From the NCBI RefSeq assembly GCF_009914755.1, contig NC_060932.1: a stretch of 64,000 nt of DNA; one strand, given 5' to 3'. This document shows, one piece after another, positions 1-13,668 of this stretch (position 1 is its first letter; every line of letters starts with the position of its first letter). The notes beneath the pieces were generated by a model, which was not told the origin of the DNA, made no database searches, and saw only the letters and a list, made by a program, of their open reading frames with translations. The translations under genes and the position numbers were made by a program. This stretch comes from the human T2T-CHM13v2.0 reference genome, Homo sapiens.

Positions 1-9
1 GCAGTAAGA

Positions 10-710
10 GCTTTTCGAGGGATGGGGAGATAGGCGTGATGGTTAAAAGGTACAAAAATCCAGTTAGACAGAAGGAAAATCATTGTTTTGTTTTGTTTTA
101 AGTCCTAAAGCACAGCAAGGTAAATATACAGATATTCCTAAATGTACGATAGGGTTATGTCCCAGTAAACACGGAAAGTTGGAAATATCCTAAGTCGAAA
201 GCATTTAATACACTTAACCTACAGAACATTATAACTTCACCTCACCTACCTGAAATGCACTCAGAACACTTCCATTAGCCTATAGTTGAGGACAGTCATC
301 TAATACAAGGCCTATTTTATAATAAAATATTGTATTAAATATCTCACACAATTTATTATATACTGTACTGGCAGTAAAAATAGAATGGGTACTCAAAATA
401 TGGTTTCTACTGAGTGCGTATAGCTTTTGCATCATGAGAAAGTCAAAAAAGTTGTTTGTCTCACCTAAGTAGTCAAGAACTGTCTGTAGTTGGTAGTTTG
501 TGTGTAGTATTGAGCATTTCTAAAGTATTCACAGAGTAAATTTCAAATGTTCTCATTACGAAATAATGTTAAGTTCTTGAGGTGATGGATATGTTAACTA
601 GTTGATTTAATTATTCCACACTGTATTCGTAAATTATAACATCACTTTGTGCTCCATAAATTTACACAATTATCAATTGTCAATTTATAATTTTTTTTTA
701 AAAAAAAAAA
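10..710 (+). mobile_element. L1MA-type LINE-1 3' end, interrupted by MER47A at 129-486
   Basis: L1MA 3' UTR motifs (ggtacaaaaatccagttagacagaagg; gaggtgatggatatgttaactagttgattt) ending in an A-tail at ~700-710. Confidence 0.8.
129..486 (+). mobile_element. MER47A (TcMar-Tigger non-autonomous DNA transposon)
   Basis: CAGAT...GTCTG termini, TA duplications at 127-128 and 487-488, internal gcatttaatacacttaacctac...gcctattttataataaa match to consensus. Confidence 0.85.
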
Positions 711-1249
711 GATGGTTCATCAGCTGAGATGACAAGCAGAGGCCAGAACAGCCATGATTTCTACTCATGTGGAAGCAAATCAGGGTAATGAGGTTGGTGT
801 CAGAGGAGAAACCTCAATTACAGTAACTACCACTCATGAGGCACTTATTGGCCACTGTACAGCAATGTTGCCTATTATTGCAAGTACTGTCTCCCCCCAC
901 CCTCTTATCAGTGAGGCTCAGAAGGGGACTCAAGGTTGCCCAGCTGGTGAAAAACTGTGCTGTGTCGCAAATCCAGGTGCACCAGATTCCAGAGCCTGTG
1001 ATCATTCTGCTTTGCATATTGTATATGTATATTTAAAAACTGTGCTAATGAAGCTGACAGGGGTTAAAAAGAAAAAAAAATTAAAAAATTAAAAATAAAC
1101 TGTGCATTTAAATTTACTCTTTGGAAGTCATCCAGAGAAACAGAAAATGAGTTTAGCTGTAGTGTCTTTAACATGCTTCAAAACAAAGTCACAGGCTACG
1201 AACAGATAGGATGAGAAAGCTTGTGGTGACAAAGCAGCTCTGTAGCTCG

Positions 1250-1498
1250 ACAGTGGTGCTGGCTGATCAAAACTACATTTATGAAAAAACTGCATAGAAC
1301 ACAGGCACGCGCACGCACACACACACACACAAACCCTGTGGCTTGAACCAATGTCAATTTCCTGACTGTGATGATATTGTTCTATAGCTGTGCAAGATGT
1401 TACTACTGGGGGGAGCTGGTGTTGTGTCCTTGGGACCACCTTGCACGTTAGTTTGCAACTTGCTATGAGGATATAATTATTTCAAAGTTAAAAGTTGA
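1250..1498 (+). mobile_element. L1MC/MD-type 3' end fragment
   Basis: ccaatgtcaatttcctg...gcaagatgttactactggggg...tttgcaactt...taattatttcaaa. Confidence 0.65.
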
Positions 1499-1887
<389 letters not shown>

Positions 1888-1959
1888 TTATTCCTGCCCC
1901 CATTACTGACTCTATTTCCTGGTTATTAGAGGTGCATGGTCTTTGGTGGTAAGAATTAC

Positions 1960-2635
1960 ACAAAAAGTTCAAACTATGAAAAAAAAGATGGCAGATTTGA
2001 CTACTAAATATAATTTCTTACAAAGACATCATAAGCTACATGAAAAGGTAACACATAAACTAGAAAACAATATTTCAAAGCATATAATCAACAGAATATG
2101 TATAATACAGAATATATAATCACATATATATACGTGCACATATATATGCATATACATATATATATCCAGAATAATATAAAGAATTCTTTGGCAATCAATA
2201 AGAAAACAATATACAACCCAATAAAAAAGTAAGCAAAAAATAGAGAAAGACAATTCACAAAAAAGGAAACGCAATTAGTCAAAAATCACATATAAAGATG
2301 TTCATCCTTACTAACCATCTGAGAAATACAAATTAAAAATAATAATGTCATTTCACATCATCAGATTTGCAAAAATTTTAAAGTCAGACAATACCAAAAG
2401 TGAATGGATAGGGAAGAACTGGAATTTTCCTAGATTCTAATGGTAGTATGAATTATTGCAACAAGTTGGGGAGCCATTTGGCAGTACCTAGTCAACCTAA
2501 AGGTGCGCATACCTTTAAGCCAGCAATTTCTCTCTGAGATGTGTACTCCCAGAGACACTCTCACAAGTGTGCACGAGGATGTGCATGGAGTTTTATGTAT
2601 AACAGTAAAACACTTGGAAACAAGCTCACTATCTA
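1960..2635 (+). mobile_element. Old L1 (L1ME-like) ORF2 3' fragment
   Basis: A-rich decayed L1 text (aaagatgttcatccttacta...gaaatacaaattaaaa; tttggcagtacctagt...ccagcaatttctct). Confidence 0.7.
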
Positions 2636-3164
2636 TTCTCAGGTGGTTCTAAATCAAGGCAATTGGATGCCAGGTCTGAGTTCTTCATTTCAGAACCATT
2701 CTGCCAGGTTGCAGCTTAGTTTAAGAACAAACTTTCTGACAGAAATGGCATCCCACAAAGCACTCAACTGGAACCAGGCTGCGGGAGGTTAAGCTGAGGC
2801 TCTAGTTCCTCTGATGCCAGCTCTAGGAAATTCAAACACATTTGTGGAGTGTAAACACACTTTCATGTTCTAAAGGCCACTGTCAAGACAGGGAACTGGG
2901 CTCAATCAGTGACCGCACAAGAATGTGGGCATGCTGAATCCCTGCGAAGCCAAGAATGCACCGGGGATTGGAAGAGATAAGCCAGAGACCAGCAAGATTC
3001 AAAGCAGATGAGCAGGCCACCTTTTGTTGGCATCTATGAAGAGAGAGTGGAAAAGGCAGCTTGTGGGGGGCATGATGGAAAGATGTGAAGTGGGGGTCTC
3101 TTGGTCAGAGGAAGCTGTTGAGCAGCCATTGAATGGGAAGCAGGGTGAAGGAGCCACGTATTGG

Positions 3165-3700
3165 CCAGCCTTTGTGCTATGCTCTGTGCTAGGTGCTTTC
3201 TACAGGTTATCTCAGTTAAAGTTGAAAGCATTCTTCTCCCTCCTTAATAGAGATGTGGAGATCAAGTTCCAGGGAGGCTGAACTATTTGCAGGCTATAAC
3301 TGACGGATCCAGGTTTCAAACCCAGGCCAGTTGGATCCCAGAAGTCACTTTTCTCCCCTGTGGCTTCACTGCCTTTACTTAAAGTGACCGCTTTTGTAAG
3401 CAATCCATTCATTTGCACTTTAATTCCCGATATTTTGAACCATGAACCCAGATTCAGAGCTGGCTGGGAAGACCCACTCATTGAGTTTGGAAGTACTGAT
3501 TAGCAGGTGGTTAGAGTGTGGCCTTTAGAGACAGGTGGACAGAGTTGTCTTTGGAAAGGCCCTTAAACTCCCTGAACCTCAATTTCTATGCTGTGAACTA
3601 AGGATAAAAGAAATAGTACTTACCTGGTGGGAATAAGATGATATAGACAGCGGGCTCCACCTGGTTCCTGGCACCAAACAAAAGCTTGGTGAGAGCTAAA
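3165..3700. mobile_element. Two MIR relics (minus ~3165-3350, plus ~3500-3700)
   Basis: MIR core motifs ggtttcaaacccaggc and ccctgaacctcaatttc. Confidence 0.6.
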
Positions 3701-3948
3701 TATAAGTACTTTATGTGTATTTGTTTTTTTTCTCCAACTAGATTCTAAGTTCATGTTTGGAGACACACTAACTTCTATTTATTTTGCATGCCCTACAATG
3801 CCTAGAACAATACTTTCTATCTGTAAGGGTTAGTCCAGAGTGCACTGCACAAAAACAGTCTTTACTAGACTGCAAAATCTGAAAGAATCCTTTCTATACC
3901 CTAAGGCTTTACATTGAGAAACTGGTGTTGTTTTAAAACCTCAGCCCC

Positions 3949-4312
<364 letters not shown>

Positions 4313-6804
4313 TCACACCCAGAACAAATATTAGAGCAGGCTAAACTGGCAGGGTTGTCACAAAAGCTGGAAATTGTATCCGTTTCAGAACTAGAAGGCA
4401 CATCTCTTAGATGCTGCTTGGTTTAAGGTGGTTGATTCACTTTGTGTGTATCTAGAAAAGACTTCTGCCTGTTCCTAAATTGTGAAACCCTAGTAACTCG
4501 TTCTATTATAATAAGGAAAACATCCCTTTAAACACGCCTTAAAATGTAGGGAATGAAGTCTCTCAAGAAACAAGCTGCAAAGGTGGCTGGTCTTCTGAAT
4601 ATCTTATCACAGTTAAAGTAGGAACATCAGACAGAAAAATGCCAGTGACCAAAGTACCCCATATTTGTCTAGCTCCAGCACATATACGGTTTCATTTGAC
4701 CTTAACCATAACACCGGAGAAATGTCCTTGTTAGACCCATCGTACAAAAGAGGAAACTAAGATCCAGAAGACTAGTCAAATAACAGATACAGAACCACAA
4801 AAAGGAAGAGGCAGAATGTAAGCCCAAGACTACCAACTCCAAACCAAAGTTCATACCTTAGGTGTTATTGCAGCAACTTTATTTCTGAAAGCACCTTTCC
4901 TATCTGACCGACGATTGATCTCTTTCACATTGTAAAGTTCAAACAGCTAATTTATCAATGAGTTTCACCTTCCTCTTAATCCCCAACAATTACTTTTTCA
5001 CTTTGGGTTGGCGGGGTTCAGCCCTGCTGAACAAGATGCTTCCTTCTTAGAATACCCCAGGTGAGAGCAGGCACACGGGATTCTCGTGTGAGCACTAATG
5101 TTAATCTGCTACACGGCTCACTTCTCCCTGCCTTTATCATCTCCAAATCGGAACCCCAACCCTTAACCATACCATCGGGTTGTTCTCAAACTGAGATAAC
5201 AGACATAAGTCATTTTGAAAACGTTACAAGCACTATACAAATGTAGGCATCATTATTACCAAGGCAATAAAAGTATTTATCACACTGATAAATGGTGAGT
5301 ATGTTTCTGTGCCTCTGTAGTTTCCAAGAACAGGAGTAATTGCAGTTGGCAGATAAATCCAAGGCAGTTAACCAAACCCAGGAGTATTTGGGAAAAGGCA
5401 CAAGTTGGCCAAATCCAAATGATTTTAAAACACGCTATAAAAATAAACAAGTATTCCAATATAATAATTCCAGTTTCGTCAATCCTTCCTGCTACTTGGA
5501 GCAATGTAGCTTGTTATGAAGCAATTATCCTTTGGATCCTTTTAATCCCAGCTGATCATTTTCAGCTTTAATTGTCTTGCTGGGTTTGAATGTTGTTGTA
5601 GTTCAAATGTAGCCAATTAGCATGGCCTCGGCCACCTTGTGATATTTTGCATGCAAAGAACACTCCTTAAAATCCCTGGTGGACTTTGTCCCAGATTGTA
5701 CCAGTAGCCACAGTTCACACCCTCAGGTGCTTATTAAGTAGAAAAAAAGGCCAGCAGAGGCTCAGAGAAAGCCCTGGAAGCAGCAAGCCAAGTTCACCAG
5801 GGCTCAAAAACAAAGATCAAGTTTTCATAATGCTGGTGTCAAAATGTGGTCCAGGATGCCTGGACAGAGAGGGTAGCCCTCATCACTGGAGATGATTAAG
5901 CAGATGGCACAGGAGAGATTCACACATCTGGATGGGGCTGGGAGGGGCAGCGAGGTGGCCTTTGTGATCACAAAGATTTCTCTCTCCCCCCCTTGGGTGT
6001 CTGTGATGCGAGGTGATTTGGTAAGCGACAAAACAAATACAGCTTGGCATTTAGGATGTATAGGCTCACATCCTGGTTCTGCAATTTACTGGCTGAAAAC
6101 TGTAAGAGAATCTTACAGGTGTGAACAGGGAACATCGTTTCAGGGCTTATTCTATTATGATTGGAATGATTATTACTTAACTCTTCTGTGGCTTAATTTC
6201 CTCATCTGGAAAATGGTGATCATAGTAGCATTGGCTTCATGCAGTTGTTCTGAATATTAAATGAGCAAGCACATGGAATACACTAAGCACAGTGTCTGCT
6301 ATACATAACTGTTCAGTTCCTTCAGCCGCCTCGTCACCATCATCTTTATTCTCTCTTTCGGTGGTGTCATAACTACTGTTCCTGACTCCTTCCTCGCCCA
6401 CAGCCATCTGCCCTCCACACTGCTGCTGGATGCTCTTCCTAAATATAAGTCCAATCCTGTTCTGCATTTGAATAAAACCCTTCCACCATTCCCCAACACC
6501 TACCGGATAGAGCCCGTGTTCTTTAGGCTGGTAGTTAACACCCTTCAAAGCCAGTGCCTTTCTCTTCTCCTCATCAATGTCCCCCGTCCCTGCCTCCCTT
6601 GTAGCCTCTACCACAAACCACTCATTGTTCACCAGGTCCCTAGTGCCTGCCACACAGTAAGTGCTTAATGCGTTTTAGCTATATGTTTCCTAAGTAAATG
6701 ACTTTGGCATATCTTAGATACTTAGGGAGGGAGGTTAAAGTATTGGGAAAAGTAGGAGTCCAAATTTCAATTCTGCTGCGTGGTAACAAGTTCCCTAACC
6801 CCTC

Positions 6805-7241
6805 TGGAATGGTTACTACTGAGTGTCAGCTTGATTGGATTGAAAGATACAGAGTATTGATCCTGATTGTGTCTGTGAGGGTGTTGCCAAAGGAGATTAA
6901 CATTTGAGTCAGTGGGTTGGGAAAGGCAGACCCACCCTTAATCTGGGCACAATCTAATCAGCTGCCAGCACAGCTAGAATATAACCAGGCAGAAAAATGT
7001 GAAAAGAGAGACTGGCCTAGCCTCCCAGCCTACATCTTTCTCCCGTGCTGGATGCTTCCTGCCCTCGAACATCAGACTCCAAGTCCTTTTGCCTTGGGAC
7101 TCAGACTGGCTCTCCTTGCTCCATAGCCTGCAGACAGCCTATTATGGGACCTTGTGATCATGTGAGTTAATACTTAATAAACTCCCTTTATATACAGCTA
7201 TTCCATTAGTTCTGTCCCTCTAGAGAACCCTGACTAATACA
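6805..7241 (+). mobile_element. MLT2A1 (HERV-L) solo LTR inserted in a MIR
   Basis: TG...CA ends, 5-bp TSD ccctc (6800-6804, 7242-7246), close match to MLT2A1 consensus along its length including aataaa. Confidence 0.9.
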
Positions 7242-8396
7242 CCCTCTGAGCTTCCATTTCCTCATTAGTAATAGATGGGAATAATATTTCCTTGTTGTAG
7301 AGTAATGGTGAAGAGTAAGTGGGATAGCCTATGTGTGGATTCCTGCCATGATGCCTTGCACACAGTGGGAGCTCCAGAGCCACCAGAGGCCCTCCTTTCA
7401 CCTTAATCCTCCCTGAAACCAGAAAGCAGAGCAATACAAGGCAAGACTTTAACTCCCAGAGCAAGCTTCACTTGGCAACAGATTTGGCTGTAAGAATAGT
7501 CATTGGGCAATTACTAGGCACTAGACAATGTGCTTGTTTCTAGGGAGGCAAGTGAGGAACACAGACCAACTTCTCACTCTCAGGGAGTTTAGTCTCACTT
7601 AAAAGTCCCACTGCATCTCAAACCAGTCTTGAAGGTGATCACTTAAGGAGGCAGGTTATAAGGGGAGGAGAAAATGCTATCAGCCAGGAGGCTCTGAAAG
7701 GTCATGAGTTTCAGAATTTAGCCCTTCTCCAAATTTGGAGAAATTAGTCAACCCTGACACTTTTCTTCTCAAAAGGCAGTGCAGTAGACGTGAAGCATGT
7801 AAGTGACCCCCTCAGGGACCTCTTGATAAGTGGAGAAAATAAAGCCACATTAACAGAGACCATCTTTCATTTCCCCATATAAAAATGCGAATACCCTAGG
7901 ATAGTCAAAAAAACAAAAACAAAAACAAAACACTCTGTAAAAACAGAACAAAGTTGAAGGACTAATATTACCTGATCCTGAGAATTATTATAAAGCTTCA
8001 GAATCAAAACACTGTGGTACTTGTATAAAGACAGACAAATAGATCGATGGAAGAGAATACAGGGTCTAGCAATAAACTCATGAATATTGACAGTGAACTT
8101 TTACAAAGGTGCAGCGGAAAAAAGGATTGACTTTGCAACAAATGATGCTAGAACAATTGGATCTTGATATGCAAAAAAAAAAAAAAGGAAACTTGGATCC
8201 ATACTTCATATCACAAACAGAAATTACCTTAAGATAGATTATAAACCTAAACATGAAACCTTAAACTCTAAAACCTATAGAAGAAAACAGGAGAAAATCT
8301 TCATGACCTTGGGTTTTGCAAAGATTTCTTACATATGATGCAAAAGCATTAAAAAAATAGAATGATAAATGGAACTTCATCAAAATTAGCACTTCT

Positions 8397-8688
8397 TCTG
8401 GGCACAGTGGCTCAGGCCTGTAATCCCAGCACTTTAGGAGGCCAGTCAGGTGGATCACTTCAGACCAGGAGTTTAAGACCAGCCTGGCCAACATGGCAAA
8501 ACTCTGTCTCTACTAAAAATGCAAACATTAGCTGGGTATGCCTATGCATGCCTGTAGTCTCAGCTAGTCAGGAGGCTGAGGCACAAGAATCACTTGGACC
8601 CAGGAGGCGGAGGTTGCAGTGAGCTGAGATCAAACCACTGCACTCCAGCCTGGGCAACACAGCAATATTCTGTCTGAAGAAAAAAAAA
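8397..8688 (+). mobile_element. AluS nested in L1
   Basis: Dimeric Alu with A-tail. Confidence 0.9.
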
Positions 8689-8908
8689 TCCACTTATCAA
8701 AAGGTACAAGCACAGACTGAAAGAAAGTCCTTATAAGTGACATATCTGAAAAAGAATTTATATCTAGAATATATGAAGAATCCTCAAAACTCAACAATAA
8801 GAAAATTAAAAACTCAATAAGAAATTGGCAAAAGATTTAAACATGATTTAAACAGATACTCCAACAAAGAAGATATGTGGATGGCACATAAGCACATAAA
8901 ATATGCTA

Positions 8909-9209
8909 GGCCAGGTGCAGTGACTCACACCTGTAATCTCAGCACTTTGGGAGGCCAAGGTGGGCAAATTGCTTAAGCTCAGGAGTTTGAGACTAGCTTG
9001 GGCAACATGACAAAACCTCATCTCTACGAAAAATACAAAAAATTAGCTAGGCATGATGGCACGTGCCTGTAGTCTCAGCTACACAAGAGGTTAAGGTAGC
9101 AGGATCTCCTGAGCCTGGGAGGTCAAGGTCACAGTGAGTCAAGATTGTACCACTGCACTCCAGCCTCATGACAGAGTAAGACTGTCTCAGAAAAAAAAAA
9201 AAAAAAAAA
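8909..9209 (+). mobile_element. AluJ nested in L1
   Basis: J-type right monomer (gagcctgggaggtcaagg), poly(A). Confidence 0.9.
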
Positions 9210-9485
9210 GATCAACATCATTAATCATTAGGAAATGTACGCTAACACAGTGAGATGCCGCTACACATGTATTAGGAAAGCTAAAATTAAAAAGTCTGAC
9301 CACACAAAGTGTTGGCAAAGATGTGAAGCAATTAGACCTTTCATATGCTGCTGCTGGGAATGTTAAAACGGCACCATCACTTTGGAAAACAGTTTGGCAG
9401 CTTCTTTAAAAGTTAAATACATACCTACCTCATCATCCAGCCATTCTTCTAGATATTTACAAACAAAAAAAAAAACTGAAAACAG

Positions 9486-9783
9486 GGCCAGACATGGTGG
9501 CTCATACCTGTAATACCAGCACTTTGGGAGGCCTAGGCAGGTGGATCACCTGTCAGGAGTTTGAGACCACCGTGGCTAACATGATGAAACCCCGTCTCTA
9601 CTAAAAATACAAAAATTAGCTGGGCATGGTGGTGCACATCAGTAATCTCAGCTACTCAAGAGGCTGAGACAGGAAAGTCACTGAAACCCCTGGAGGCGGA
9701 GGTTGCAGTAAGCTGAGATCATGCCACTGCACTTCAGCCTGGGTGATAAGAGCAAGACTCCATCTTAAAAAATAAATAAATAA
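9486..9783 (+). mobile_element. AluS nested in L1
   Basis: Dimeric Alu with (AAAT)n tail. Confidence 0.9.
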
Positions 9784-10220
9784 TTTTTTTAAAAAAGGAA
9801 ACATATGTCCATGCAAAGACTTCTACGTGAATGCTTATAGACACTTTATTTGTCATATTCAAAAGCTAAAAGCAACCACATGTCTATCCCTGGGCGAATG
9901 AATAAATGTATTGTGGTATATCCGTACAATGAAATACCAACTCAGAAATAAGTAAAAGAGCCAGACAAAAAGAGTTCACTCTGTATGCTTCCATTTATAT
10001 AAGATTTTACAAAATGTAAACTAACATATGGTGGGGAAAGGGTGCAACAACAGAAGTCACTACAAAGGGACACAGGATGCTTTTGGGGGTGATAGATATG
10101 TTCATTATCTTGATTGTGGGGATGGATTTGTGGATGTATACATATGTAAAAACACCAAATCGTATACTTTAAATACATCAGCTTACTGTGTGTCCATTAT
10201 ACCTCAGTAAAGTTGATTTA

Positions 10221-10688
<468 letters not shown>

Positions 10689-10855
10689 TCAGTCTACCAG
10701 AGTTCAGGCAGATGGAAAGTAGACTGAGAAAATGCTGAAAACAAATTGATGTGCTATAAACTGGAATAAAATTCAAAGTATTTGCACAAAGCTGTTCTAC
10801 ACAGAGAGCTGTATGATTCTAAAAATTTAATTACTTACTTAGAAAATAACACACA

Positions 10856-10857
<2 letters not shown>

Positions 10858-10891
<34 letters not shown>
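10858..10891. repeat. (CA)n microsatellite
   Basis: About 17 AC units. Confidence 0.95.
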
Positions 10892-10894
<3 letters not shown>

Positions 10895-11290
10895 CTTAAA
10901 AACAGTGCCAGTAACTGGTATGACAAGAGATGAATACATTTAAAACCAACCCAATGTCTGGCTGGAAGCAGTCATTCTGAGCTTCTGACATTGCTAATAC
11001 ATCAGACAGAGGCAGCAGGAAGAGTTCCACTGAGGAAGATTCAAATGCAATTTGAGAAACCAAACAGGTACCAGTGAGTTAAGGGATCAGCCCTTGAGAA
11101 TGAGGGGAGATGAGACCCAGCAGAGGGAAGGCAGGGAAGAAGGCAAAGCAGGTGTTAATTTCACTACCTAGCAGCAAGGCTGAAACTCTTGACAGCTACA
11201 ATTGCCAATAGGCAGGCATCAGCTTCTAATGTCTGCTCTTAGTTGTTACAGATCAACAGGTCTGAAAGGGTTCATCTGGTGTTCCCCTCA

Positions 11291-12362
11291 TTTTTTAAAT
11301 TTTTATTTCAATAGTTTTTGGGGTATAAGTGGTTTGGGATTACATGAATAAGTTCTTTAGTGGTGATTTCTGAGATTTTGATATGCCCATCACCCGAGCA
11401 GTGTACACTATACCCAATGTGTAGTCTTTTATCCTTCATCCCCCTTCCAACTTCCCTTCTACTGAGTCCCCAAAGTCCATTATATCATTGTAATGCCTTT
11501 GCATTCTCATAGCTTAGCTCTCACTTATAAGTGAGAACATATGATACTTGGTTTTCCATTCCTGAGTTACTCACTTAGAATAAGGGCCTCCAGCTTCATC
11601 CAAGTTGCTGCAAAAGACATTATTTCATTCCTTTTTATGGCTGAGTAGTATTACACAGTGTAGATATGCCACATTTTCTTTATCCACTCATTGGTTAATG
11701 GGCATTTAGATTGGTACCATATTTTTGCAAATGCAAACTATGCTGCTATAAACATGCATGTACATGTGTCTTTTTAATATAATGACTTCTTTTCCTTTGG
11801 ATAGATACGCAGTAGTGGGATTGCTGGATCAAATGGTAGTTCTACTTTTAGCTCTTTAAGGAGTCTCCATGCTGTTTACCATAGTGGTTGTACTGGTTTA
11901 CATCTCCACCCGCAGCATAAAAGTGTTCCCTTCTTACCACATCCGTGCCAATGTCTATTGTCTAGGTGTGACAAACGAGTTCACTAAAGTCTCAGGATAT
12001 AAAATCAATGTACACAAATAAGTAGCACTTCTCTACATGAACAATGATCAAGCTGAGAATCAAATAAAGAACTCAATTCCCTTTATAATAGGTACAACAA
12101 ATAAAATAAAATACTTAGGAATATAGTTAACCAAGGAGGTGAATGACTGCTACAAGGAAAACTGCAAAACACTGCTGAAAGAAATCATAGACAACACAAA
12201 TGGAAACACATCCCATGTTCATGGACGGGTAGAATCAATATTGTGAAGATGATCATACTGCCCAAAGCAATCTACAAATTCAATGCAATTCCCATCAAAA
12301 TAACATCATCATTCTTCACAGAAATAGAAAAAAAATCCTAAAATTCATATGGCATCTAAAAA
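11291..12362 (-). mobile_element. L1PB with 5' inversion (3' end on minus at 11291-11960; ORF2 piece on plus at ~11970-12362)
   Basis: L1PB 3' UTR antisense (gataagttctttagtggtgatttctgagattt-like), then sense ORF2 (aatcaatattgtgaagatg...aaaattcatatgg); degraded TSD. Confidence 0.85.
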
Positions 12363-12641
12363 GTCCCCCTTGTTTTGAAAACAAAGAAACTTAAGGTTTG
12401 AGGGTTAAGGTGGTCTTCAAAAAAAAAAATCTAGCTTTTCATGACTGTGTACCACAGCAACACCCTCTTTGAAAAGACTCTGAGAGTCAGCTCAGGCGAT
12501 GCTAGAGCCAGACTCCCTGGTCTTACATCCTGTGTCTTGTGTTTCCCCTACTCCTGAAAGTGCAACTTTGGGCACGTTATTAAGCATCTCACTTTCTTTA
12601 ACTGTAAAATGAGGCAACTAATAATACCACCTCATTAGGGT

Positions 12642-13082
12642 TGTTAAGTCAGGGTTCTCTGGAGAAATAGAACCCATAGGGCATGTGTGTGTGTGTGTGT
12701 GTGCGTGCACACACACGCGTGCACACATGCACACAAAGAGAAAGTTTTAAGAAACTGTCCCACACAATTGTGGAGGCTGAGAAGTCCAAAATCTGTAGGG
12801 TAGGTGGGCTGGCTGAAGACCCAGAGAAGAATCACAGTTCCAGTCCAAAAGCTGTCTGATGGCAGAATTCCTTCTTCCTTCAGGGAAATCAGTCTTTTTC
12901 TATAAAGGCCTTCAACTGATTGAATGAGACCCACCCATGTTATTGAGGGTTATCCACTTTACACAACCTCCACTGATTTAAATGTCTACCTCATCTAAAT
13001 GAGAGAGGTGTAGAATAATGTTTCACCAAATATCCAGGTCTCATGGCCTAGTCAAATTGAACACATAAAATTAACAGTCACG
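12642..13082 (-). mobile_element. MLT2D/C-like ERVL LTR inserted in a MIR
   Basis: agtcagggttctctggagaaatagaacc ... cacataaaattaacagtcac; MIR resumes on both sides. Confidence 0.8.
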
Positions 13083-13372
13083 GGGTGCTCTGAGACTAGC
13101 CCTCATCTTCTCCCTTCTCACCACTTCTTCCTAACAAATTTCACAACAGTTCTCAGGCTTAGATTAAGCATGAGTGAAATTGTCTTCTCCTCCTTCTCCC
13201 TCTCCTACCCTCTCATATTTCCTCTTTGAAGAAACCCTGGCACCTCATCTTCCCCCTCCCCTTGTTTGCTCATCACAGATTCCCAAATAGATCTGTCCTC
13301 TCTAACAGTATCCTGTGCTCTAAACTAGTGGCTTCCAACTTTGGCTGCACATGAGAATCATCTGGGGGGAGC

Positions 13373-13435
13373 TTTTTTTTTTATTTTTGAGATGGAGTCT
13401 TGCTCTGTTGCCAGGCTGGAGTGAGGTGGTGCAAT
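13373..13435 (-). mobile_element. Alu 3'-end fragment with tail
   Basis: ttttgagatggagtcttgctctgttgccaggctggagtg, ending abruptly at gcaat. Confidence 0.85.
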
Positions 13436-13600
13436 TATTCTAAGATGCTCATTCCTCACATTTTAACATCTCTGACACTGGAATGCCACTTGCAATTCAT
13501 AGTTTCCTACAACTATAATTGGTAGCATTTAAAAAATTATCTTATTGATACATAAAGAAGCATCACACAATCTATTGTGCCTTACATGAAGTAGAATGTG
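13436..13600 (+). mobile_element. MER104-like (TcMar-Tc2) fragment
   Basis: attctaagatgctcattcctcacattttaacatctctga matches the MER104 5' region; terminal repeat is missing. Confidence 0.65.
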
Positions 13601-13668
13601 GTCTATTCAAAAGGTCCAGGGCAACTCTAGGCATGATTGGTACTTAACAAAAAGTTAGTTCTTTTAAG

